From: Planctopirus limnophila DSM 3776
GTDB lineage: Bacteria; Planctomycetota; Planctomycetia; Planctomycetales; Planctomycetaceae
Reading direction: 5' to 3'
Assembly: GCF_000092105.1 (NCBI RefSeq)
Contig: NC_014148.1
Location: forward strand, 2,790,001 to 2,822,000
DNA: 32,000 nt
A program made the translations under genes and the position numbers. The notes beneath the pieces are model-generated. The model searched no databases, had not been told where the DNA came from, and saw nothing but the letters and a program-made list of their open reading frames with translations. This document shows, one piece after another, positions 17,613 through 25,205 of this stretch (positions are counted from its first letter, which is position 1; the number at the start of each line of letters is the position of its first letter).

Positions 17613-17648
17613 TTCTCCAACTGGCAGAACATGAAGTTCTCCAACTGG
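17613..17648. promoter_or_regulatory. Perfect 12-bp direct repeat TTCTCCAACTGG x2 (24-bp period), each containing the 8-bp palindrome CCAACTGG; candidate operator
   Basis: Copies at 17613-17624 and 17637-17648, 38-73 nt upstream of the HlyD-like ATG at 17575. Confidence 0.45.
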
Positions 17649-17801
17649 TAACGCTACGTTGACTCGTTCTATAAAGTCAATTCGCAGGTCGATTTGAATC
17701 GAGGAGATGAAGGAATCTTTGCAATAAACACTCCTGCAAAAATTCCGAGAGCGAATGGATCGTTGTGAAAGTCTGCCCAGAATCAAGGACCAACAAAGCC
17801 T

Positions 17802-19001
17802 CTACTCTTCATAAAGCTTCGGTTTGCGGCGACGAGGCTTGGCAGAGCGGTATTCTTCGTACTCAGGTGCTGGTGCCGGTACCTTGCCACTCATGGATTT
17901 CGTGGCTTTGACAATCGAGTAGCCGCGAATCAGATCGCTGGTCACATTTTCAAACAATAACGGTAGCGATTCGACATACCAGGCAGGTGCTTTGGTGACG
18001 ATATAAATTCGACCACCCGGAATGAGAATACGGAACGCAGTCTCAATGAAAATCCCGGCGATCTTGTAATTCGAGAAATAGGGTGGGTTCGCGTAGACGA
18101 CATCCACGCTGTTGGATTCCAAGGATTTCCCGGTGGCATCCAATCGAGTCTGCACTCGACTGGTTCCGTTTTCCTTTGCTGCCCACTGAGTACATTCAAT
18201 AGCCCGAGGATTCGAATCCACAGCCAACACGTCGAGTTCCGGATGTCGCAAGGCGGCGGCAACAGCCACTCCACCACTGCCGCAACCCAGATCAACAATC
18301 TGTCCCTGCTCCATCGGTTCGATCACCGAGATCAGCGTGCGTGCTCCGACATCCAGCTTTCTGTGGGCAAACACACCTGGGCGACTTTTCATGCGAATCA
18401 GCCGCTCACCGTCTCGAAACATGAATTCACAGTCATGATTCTTGAGCTTCTTCGGGGACTCCGTCTTGATTGCCAGATATGTCACACCTTTACGAGTGGG
18501 CCGACGAGTCACTTTAGGGAAGAATCGCTGTATCTCCGTATGCAACCACTGATCATCTCTCATATCAGTTGTCGCAATGAGAGTTCCCCCCTCGACCAGA
18601 CGAACACATGCCTGCTGTAACAGATCTCTGGTCAGTTCTGCTTCACCAGTTTTAGGTAACACCAGACAGATCGTCTGGTACTCGATTCCTGGAAAGTCGG
18701 GTTCGCAAACCAGCTGCAAATTGGCAGGCACACCCGCTGGTGCCAATGCGGCCTGATCACGCAAATGAACATCCAGAAACCAGCAGGTCACCTGACTTTG
18801 TGGCTTTGCGATGGCCAGTGCAAAAGCAAATTGTGCCCGCCCCGAACTGTTACACAGGATTCTTTCACCCTGAACATCAGCCAGCGCATCGACCATCAAT
18901 TGTTCGGCTGGTCGAACCTTCGGGACATACTGGGGAGCCACCTCCCCTTTTCGTAATCGGCGCGGTGAATTCATGAAGAAGATCTTTCCTATCGGGCCCA
19001 T
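17802..19001 (-). CDS. RsmC/RlmG-like rRNA (guanine-N2) methyltransferase, class I SAM-dependent
   Basis: 399 aa (alternative ATG at 18974). C-terminal MTS-type domain: PGVFAHRKLDVGARTL, SAM motif VDLGCGSGGVAVAAA, catalytic NPPY (VVYANPPYF). The N-terminal half looks like the duplicated, degenerate MTase fold seen in RsmC/RlmG. Basic C-terminal extension KPRRRKPKLYEE. Confidence 0.75.
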   Translation of the reverse strand: MGPIGKIFFMNSPRRLRKGEVAPQYVPKVRPAEQLMVDALADVQGERILCNSSGRAQFAFALAIAKPQSQVTCWFLDVHLRDQAALAPAGVPANLQLVCEPDFPGIEYQTICLVLPKTGEAELTRDLLQQACVRLVEGGTLIATTDMRDDQWLHTEIQRFFPKVTRRPTRKGVTYLAIKTESPKKLKNHDCEFMFRDGERLIRMKSRPGVFAHRKLDVGARTLISVIEPMEQGQIVDLGCGSGGVAVAAALRHPELDVLAVDSNPRAIECTQWAAKENGTSRVQTRLDATGKSLESNSVDVVYANPPYFSNYKIAGIFIETAFRILIPGGRIYIVTKAPAWYVESLPLLFENVTSDLIRGYSIVKATKSMSGKVPAPAPEYEEYRSAKPRRRKPKLYEE

Positions 19002-19142
19002 CTGGAGTCAGCCCGCTGTATTCATTGATTCTATTCGTTGGCTCGGAATCGAATCTGCAGCCAGAACCAGTCGATCGTTTGAGATCGTCCGGCGATGGCT
19101 ACTTTGTATTCCGGTTGCCGCTTGCCGCCAAAACATTCAGGC

Positions 19143-20324
19143 TCAGGCGGTCGTAATGTAACACTTCAGGTAGTTGGATTCCGGACATTGCAATGATTGC
19201 GGATGATCTGGCGAGGGGCCGCGCGCTTCTAAAATTTTCAGTTCACGCCGAGCCTGCCAGGCAGCTTCACGAAGAACCTGCTGAAACAGGTCATGAGTCA
19301 CCAATCCGCTGCAGCTGCAGGTCACGAGCGTTCCCTGTGGCTCAAGAACATCCAGTGCCAGTCGATTCAGTGAGTGATAGCCTTTGAGACCCGAATCCAT
19401 AGTTGATCGGCTTTTCACCAGCTTGGGCGGATCCAGCACGATGGTCTGAAACCGGACCCCCTGATTACGAAACTCCGTCAGAACTTCAAAAGCATCACCA
19501 TGGCGGACTTCATATCGGTCGGCAAGACCATTTCGTGTGACGTTCGCAGTGGCATTCTCAACAGCGATCTTCGAAGTATCGACACCAATGACATGTGTGA
19601 CTTCCCCATGCCTCAGGGCGTTCATGCCAAAGCCCGCCGAATAACAACACAGATCAAGCATGTTGCCACTGGCAAACTGAGCGGCTCTGAATCTGTTCTC
19701 CCGCTGATCCAGATAGAAACCCGTTTTTTGTCCGTCGACCAGATCCACATGGTAAACCAGCCCATGCTCTTCAACAGGGATAAACGCTGGAGGTGTTTCG
19801 CCTCGAAACAATCCATCTATTAATGGCATGCCCTCGGCTTGACGAATCCCCTTCTCTGTCCTGAGCCAGCAACCACTGGCTTGTGTCTGCCGCATCAGTT
19901 CATCAACCAGCAATTCCATGCGGGATTGAAGAGCGTGCGATCCCAGTTGGGCCAGCAACCAGTCTCCGTAGCGATCGACAGTTAGCCCCGAAAGAAAATC
20001 GGCCTCGCTGGAGATCAACCGTGAGCCATTCATAACCGTTGGAGTTGGCATGAATTTCCGGCGCAGGTCACACGCCATTCGGACTCTCGACCGCCAGAAA
20101 TCTTCCGCTAAAGGTTGATCTTCATTCCATGAATAGATGCGAACTCGAATGCGACTGGAACTGTTGTAGAGGCCATAGCCCAAAAATTTTTCATTGGCCC
20201 CCACCACGAGAACTTCATCGCCAACTTGTGGCTGACCTTCCACGCGGTCTATGGCAGAATCAAACAGCCAGGGATGCCGGGAGGCTCCTCGCGAAAACTG
20301 ACGACTGGTGACAACCCGAATCAA
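19143..20324 (-). CDS. PUA-domain class I SAM-dependent rRNA methyltransferase (RlmI/COG1092-like)
   Basis: 393 aa. N-terminus RHPWLFDSAIDRVEG...GDEVLVV (PUA-like), GQKTGFYLDQREN, VLDPPKLVKS, GTLVTCSCSG. No in-frame ATG precedes the conserved N-terminus, so the TTG at 20324 is the likely start. Confidence 0.8.
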   Translation of the reverse strand: MIRVVTSRQFSRGASRHPWLFDSAIDRVEGQPQVGDEVLVVGANEKFLGYGLYNSSSRIRVRIYSWNEDQPLAEDFWRSRVRMACDLRRKFMPTPTVMNGSRLISSEADFLSGLTVDRYGDWLLAQLGSHALQSRMELLVDELMRQTQASGCWLRTEKGIRQAEGMPLIDGLFRGETPPAFIPVEEHGLVYHVDLVDGQKTGFYLDQRENRFRAAQFASGNMLDLCCYSAGFGMNALRHGEVTHVIGVDTSKIAVENATANVTRNGLADRYEVRHGDAFEVLTEFRNQGVRFQTIVLDPPKLVKSRSTMDSGLKGYHSLNRLALDVLEPQGTLVTCSCSGLVTHDLFQQVLREAAWQARRELKILEARGPSPDHPQSLQCPESNYLKCYITTA

Positions 20325-20375
20325 ACGCCCCGCCCTTCTCCACTCACGAATAACAGAAAACTTCCAATTGACGAA

Positions 20376-20401
20376 TCAGGTCGTTGTCTCAGGTCGTTGT
20401 C
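20376..20401. repeat. Perfect tandem 13-bp duplication TCAGGTCGTTGTC x2
   Basis: 20376-20388 and 20389-20401, in the intergenic region between the receiver gene stop and the RlmI-like start. Confidence 0.9.
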
Positions 20402-20430
20402 AAAGTGCAGCCACTGGTCATCTCAGAAAG

Positions 20431-20460
20431 TTACCGTGAACGCAGTTACCGTGAACGCAG
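20431..20460. repeat. Perfect tandem 15-bp duplication TTACCGTGAACGCAG x2 spanning the stop codon of the receiver gene
   Basis: 20431-20445 and 20446-20460. On the minus strand this reads CTGCGTTCACGGTAA twice, i.e. the last four codons plus TAA are duplicated immediately 3' of the real stop. Confidence 0.9.
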
Positions 20461-20901
20461 GGCAGCCTGCTGCTGATCAACTTCTTCAACATAGGCCAGC
20501 AGACGATCGCGCTCATTGGTGAGATGCCTCACGCGCAGCAGAGACTTGACCCGGGTGGTCAGTTCGAGTCGATTGATGGGTTTGGTGAGGAAATCGTCAG
20601 CCCCTGCCTGAATGGCCTTTTCGATGTCCCCCATCTCATTCAGAGCTGTCACCATCAGCACGGGGAGCGACTTGGTTGAGGGTTCACTGCGCAGTTTGGC
20701 ACAGACCTCAAAACCACTGAGTTTAGGCATCATGATATCCAGCAGCACCAGATCGGGCTGCCACTCCCGGACTTTTTCCAGCGTCTGTTGCCCGTCATAG
20801 GCCATGGCGATTTCGTATTCATCGCTGGCGAGATAGGCATCGAGCAATTCGCAATTCTGCAAATTGTCGTCTGCAATCAGGATTCGAGAAACAATTGTCA
20901 T
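20446..20901 (-). CDS. Stand-alone response-regulator receiver (CheY-like) with a short C-terminal helical tail
   Basis: ORF 20446..20916 starts with TTG. ATG 20901 gives MTIVSRILIADDNLQNCELL. DLVLLDIMMPKLSG (phospho-acceptor Asp), VLMVTAL and GADDFLTKP are present. No output domain. Confidence 0.88.
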   Translation of the reverse strand: MTIVSRILIADDNLQNCELLDAYLASDEYEIAMAYDGQQTLEKVREWQPDLVLLDIMMPKLSGFEVCAKLRSEPSTKSLPVLMVTALNEMGDIEKAIQAGADDFLTKPINRLELTTRVKSLLRVRHLTNERDRLLAYVEEVDQQQAALRSR

Positions 20902-21101
20902 CACTTTAATCCGCAATTATCAGTTCGTAAGTCAGCATGAGTATTGCGATGCTGCCCATCGAGCTGCAAGGTTTCACAAGGCCGCTGGTGTTCAAGTGAG
21001 CTCACAATACACACCCTGAAATTCCGCAAGATGATAATAGTAACGACTTTGTCGTATCTTCGAAATGCAGAGAGCCCGTCTCAGCAGGGAGTTGGAAAGA
21101 G

Positions 21102-21374
21102 TCACTCGGAATGAGTCACGTCATCTTCATCGCTGACCGAAACAGTACTGAGGGTGTATAGACCGCCCCCGGCCATCAGGATGGCAATCATCCACCAGAG
21201 AGTGCGATTCATGAACCAGATCGAAGGCATCCAATCTAAGGATTCCACGGATTCCAGTGCATTGAGAAGCAACAAAACACTTCCAGCCAGCAGCAAAAAC
21301 CAGCCCATGCTTCGCCACGAATTCATGGAGTCTGCTGCCACTGATTTCTGTCTCTCCTGAGATGCATCTTCCAT
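21102..21374 (-). CDS. Hypothetical small membrane protein (two predicted TM helices)
   Basis: ORF 21102..21407 (GTG), with internal ATG at 21374. Hydrophobic stretches WFLLLAGSVLLLLNAL and LWWMIAILMAGGGLYTL. No recognisable family. Confidence 0.45.
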   Translation of the reverse strand: MEDASQERQKSVAADSMNSWRSMGWFLLLAGSVLLLLNALESVESLDWMPSIWFMNRTLWWMIAILMAGGGLYTLSTVSVSDEDDVTHSE

Positions 21375-21656
21375 GAAACACTTCCTGATCGTCGAAAAGT
21401 CATGCACAAAGAATAATGCCGATGGCCCTATGATCCACTTCCATCGAGCAATTCTTCAGCAGAATCTGTTCGACCCTAGAACTGGATGAGTCAGAGTGTT
21501 AGCCTGTTTTTTGCATAAATCACATCCATATTTTTGTCACCCTTTCTCATTTTAACCTGCGTGCCCGGTAGGAACACACTGCAACAAGCCATGATGCTCG
21601 TTGTTGGTCATCAGTACGTCATGACGTTTTCTCGTGAAAGACAAGCGGATCAGTCA

Positions 21657-24600
21657 ATGCCCGCCAAACTGTCCAGTGAATCATTCCTTGCAACTGTTCG
21701 CCGCAGCGGCCTCATTGAGGACGACCGACTTAATATTTTGTATGCGGAATACGCGGAACGATTGAACGGCGAGGCCGATTCCACAGACCTGGCTCAATTT
21801 CTTGTCAACCGGAATGCGGTGACCGCCTGGCAGGGTGAAAAGCTGCTCCAGGGAAAACATAAGGGGTTTTTCCTGGGGAAGTATCGCCTGCTGTCACTCC
21901 TCGGCCGGGGAGGCATGAGTTCGGTCTATCTCGCTGAACATATTGTGATGCGCCGCCGCTGCGCGATTAAAGTGCTCCCACAAAAACGAGTCTCAGATAC
22001 TTCGTACCTGGGAAGATTTCACCGAGAAGCCCAGGCTGTTGCTTCACTGGATCACCCCAATATCGTCCGCGCTTACGATGTCGATCATCAGGCGGATCGC
22101 GATACAGATATCCACTTCCTTGTCATGGAATTTGTCGACGGGCAGAGCCTTCAGGAACTGGTGTTAAAATCTGGTCAGGTGCCATTTGCAGATGCAGCAG
22201 ATTACATTCGTCAGGCGGCTCTGGGATTATCCCACGCCCATGGTGCCGGTCTTGTCCATCGGGACATCAAGCCCGGAAATCTGCTTGTGGATCATACGGG
22301 GGTCGTGAAGGTTCTCGATCTGGGACTTGCCAGGTTTTTCAGTGATACCGGCGACGATGCCCTCACCATTCAGCACGATGAAAAAGTTCTCGGGACAGCC
22401 GATTATCTGGCACCGGAACAAGCCCTCGACAGCCACTCCGTCGACGCTCGTGCCGATATCTACAGCCTGGGCTGCACACTTTATTTTCTACTCACGGGCT
22501 CCCCTCCATTTACCGAAGGGACTCTGGCGCAGCGATTGATGGCGCATCAGACCAAACAGCCGCCATCCATTGAGAGCAAGCGGCCGGATGTTCCTGTCGA
22601 ACTCGCTGCCATCGTCCGCAAGATGATGGCCAAATCCCCAGGCGACCGGCCTGCTTCTGCAATGGCGGTGGCAGAGACCCTGGAAAACTGGTTGAAGCAG
22701 TATCGTTCGGGTGAAGTCTCTTCTGGCGGCGTCTCTGTAGAAAGTGATGTTTTACAGCAGGAGGATGCTCATCCCGCGGCTGTGGCAGGTTTGGAATTCC
22801 CTCCTCGGGAACCTCTCCCGACGGATATGAGCGTGGCTCCAGCCGGGGATGAACTCTCAGCGTTCCTCACCTCGTTATCCGGTGGAGTTTCCACACCCCT
22901 CCCTGAACCAGTACCGCAGCGAAAAACGCCAGAGGTCGCCAAGCCTTCGACGGATTCTGCCAAAGGAAAGAAATCATCGAGCAGCACTGGGCAGCCAGTC
23001 CATGATTTTCAGTTTCTTGAGCCACTGAACCACTTGCCTGAAGAGGGGCATTCTTCGAAATCCAGCTCGGTTTTTGGGGCCGAGATTGCATCCGCTCCAA
23101 CAAAGGCTCCATCGTCTGTTAAGCTCCCCTCATCGAAGACTTTGCCAGCGAATCAGAACGCCGCTGAAGCATCAGCTGCAAAATCTTCCACAGATCACGC
23201 GGGTTCGAAGAGTTTCGAAACTCCAGTTCCCCCAAAATCAGCCTCCGGGATCCAGAGAGCTGCGGGCAGTTCGAAAGCCGCGTTAGAGCCTCCTGAAGCC
23301 AAACCTGTTGCAACCCCTCCACAGATTGTGGCTGCCAGCGAAGCTCCCATTCTCGAAGCGATCCCTCTTCGTGAAGGTTCTGGCAATTCCATACCTGAGG
23401 CCATTCCTGTACGACGTACTGCGAAAGTGATTCGACCCGCTGCAACAACTCCCTCCCCCACAAAAGTCATTTTGGAAGCAATCCCGATTTCCAATACCGA
23501 TCTGGCGAGCGAACCCTCACAGATGATTGCGGATGTCGAGCAACCGATCAGAGATACGTCCACTTCGAACCGCAACAGCAGTTCACGCTCACAATCCAGT
23601 CGTCACAAAGGAACCGCGAAAAAACTTCCCGGCTGGGCAATCCCTGCTGGCATCGCTTTGAGCGTCGTCTTCGTTCTCGGCGCTGGATATACGATCTTCA
23701 GCACTTACAGCACTCCCACCAAGACTGTGGATTACAGCCGACCCGACCCCACGTGGATTGATCGACGTGAAACGACAGTGGGGCCTCAAGGTGAGTTCAA
23801 AAAGATCTCTGACGCTCTTGCCAAGGTGCGAGCCAACTTCAAACCTGGCGGAGAGAAAGACCGATTCCGCATTGAGGTCGCTGCGGGGATATATCCCGAG
23901 CGAATCGTGCTCGATTCACGAGGAAGTGGCCGTAAATGGCCCGAAAACATCACTGTGGCTGGGGCTGAAAATGCAAAAGTCGTGATTCAGGGAGGAACAC
24001 AAACCGGTGATCCCATCGTGAAGATTCGCGATGTTCAAGGTTTTCAACTCGAAAACATCACAATCAATGCTGAAAAGCATGAAACCGCCATCGAAGTCGG
24101 GGATTACCTTTATGGTACACGCCTGACCAATCTGAGCCTTCTGGATTTTTCAAATGCTGGAATCATTGGAAAGGATGTTTCCGGGCTTCTGGATAAGGAA
24201 TTCACCATCAATGACTGCCTGATTTCAACGAAGTCGGAGAAGGCCGTCGGTGTCCGGCTGGAAGCCAAAGAAACTCTGGCAGATGTGAGTTTGCTTAAAA
24301 ATCGATTCCATGGCCCGATGGCGGCTGGTGTACTGATTGAAGCCTCCAGTTTTGCTTCGAAAATCCAGATTCGCGAGAATCGTTTTTTCGAATGCGACAA
24401 CGCAATCGAGTTTGCAGGCGAAGCGTCATGGCTGGGAATTGCCGTCAGTAATAACACGATTGCTGCTGGAAACCAGGGAGTTGTATTTACCGAACAGCCC
24501 GGCTCAGACAGCGTGACACTTTCGATCAGACGAAATCTGTTTGCTGGTCTGAAAGGAGCCGAGATTCGTATTCAATCGAATTTCAGTGCCGATGGTTGGA

Positions 24601-24839
24601 AGAAGGCGACTGAGGGGAGAACTCAGGGTAATGTGACTGACCGTCTGCCCCCCTCACCTGCTCCGGGTGTGATTGATCTGGCAAACTCGGGTGGCAGCCG
24701 TGTCGGCAGCAAAATCAGCTTTAAATCGATGGAACCCACTGATCCCAATTTCCTGGTTCCAGCGACTCCAGCGATCCCCAAGCCGACAGATAACGCTTTG
24801 GAGCGAGAGCTGAACCATACCGGCGCTATTGGGCAGTAA
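21657..24839 (+). CDS. Membrane-anchored Hanks-type Ser/Thr kinase with a long disordered linker and an extracytoplasmic parallel beta-helix (PbH1-like) domain
   Basis: ORF 21534..24839 starts with TTG. ATG 21657 (or 21621) is the more plausible start. Kinase motifs: LGRGGMSSVYLAEH, CAIKVL, HRDIKPGNLL, DLG, DYLAPE. An S/P/A-rich linker spans about 22700-23620, with a TM helix WAIPAGIALSVVFVLGAGYTIF (about 23631-23700). After that come repeated NITI / NNTI / RRNLF-type turns typical of right-handed beta-helices. Confidence 0.88.
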   Translation: MPAKLSSESFLATVRRSGLIEDDRLNILYAEYAERLNGEADSTDLAQFLVNRNAVTAWQGEKLLQGKHKGFFLGKYRLLSLLGRGGMSSVYLAEHIVMRRRCAIKVLPQKRVSDTSYLGRFHREAQAVASLDHPNIVRAYDVDHQADRDTDIHFLVMEFVDGQSLQELVLKSGQVPFADAADYIRQAALGLSHAHGAGLVHRDIKPGNLLVDHTGVVKVLDLGLARFFSDTGDDALTIQHDEKVLGTADYLAPEQALDSHSVDARADIYSLGCTLYFLLTGSPPFTEGTLAQRLMAHQTKQPPSIESKRPDVPVELAAIVRKMMAKSPGDRPASAMAVAETLENWLKQYRSGEVSSGGVSVESDVLQQEDAHPAAVAGLEFPPREPLPTDMSVAPAGDELSAFLTSLSGGVSTPLPEPVPQRKTPEVAKPSTDSAKGKKSSSSTGQPVHDFQFLEPLNHLPEEGHSSKSSSVFGAEIASAPTKAPSSVKLPSSKTLPANQNAAEASAAKSSTDHAGSKSFETPVPPKSASGIQRAAGSSKAALEPPEAKPVATPPQIVAASEAPILEAIPLREGSGNSIPEAIPVRRTAKVIRPAATTPSPTKVILEAIPISNTDLASEPSQMIADVEQPIRDTSTSNRNSSSRSQSSRHKGTAKKLPGWAIPAGIALSVVFVLGAGYTIFSTYSTPTKTVDYSRPDPTWIDRRETTVGPQGEFKKISDALAKVRANFKPGGEKDRFRIEVAAGIYPERIVLDSRGSGRKWPENITVAGAENAKVVIQGGTQTGDPIVKIRDVQGFQLENITINAEKHETAIEVGDYLYGTRLTNLSLLDFSNAGIIGKDVSGLLDKEFTINDCLISTKSEKAVGVRLEAKETLADVSLLKNRFHGPMAAGVLIEASSFASKIQIRENRFFECDNAIEFAGEASWLGIAVSNNTIAAGNQGVVFTEQPGSDSVTLSIRRNLFAGLKGAEIRIQSNFSADGWKKATEGRTQGNVTDRLPPSPAPGVIDLANSGGSRVGSKISFKSMEPTDPNFLVPATPAIPKPTDNALERELNHTGAIGQ

Positions 24840-25047
24840 CCCTATGCCCTGTAATGATCTACGGTAATATTCTGCCCCTCGGCACTGACCCTGACTGCGG
24901 ACAGGTGAACAGGTCTGCTGCCTCACATTCTTTCTCGCAAACCACTTCCCAGCAACGTGTTACGATAACGAGAACATGTCAACGCGATCCTGAATACGGT
25001 CGCTGAACCGAAAGACTTGTCGTAAATTCCTGTGAGCTGGTCACTTA

Positions 25048-25059
25048 AAGTGTACACTT
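25048..25059. promoter_or_regulatory. Perfect 12-bp palindrome AAGTGTACACTT; candidate operator upstream of the HExxH gene
   Basis: 25048-25059, about 150 nt upstream of ATG 25206. A further CACTT half-site lies at 25042-25046. Confidence 0.35.
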
Positions 25060-25205
25060 GCGACGTGTCTTCTCAGCCCTGAGGATAAAGGAGTGGCTGG
25101 GAAAAGTTTCCGGCCGATCCGAGAGCAGGCAGGAGGCCAGCGAGAACGCTCAGCGAGGAGCGACAGAACCTAAGGGCAAGATACGAGCCCAGAAGTTGAC
25201 TGTCT

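Noticed and set aside
18208-18219. GGATTCGAATCC, resembling a tRNA T-arm/T-loop
   Set aside because: It lies inside the methyltransferase CDS. It is a simple palindrome with no acceptor, D or anticodon arms around it. I saw no tRNA anywhere in the window.
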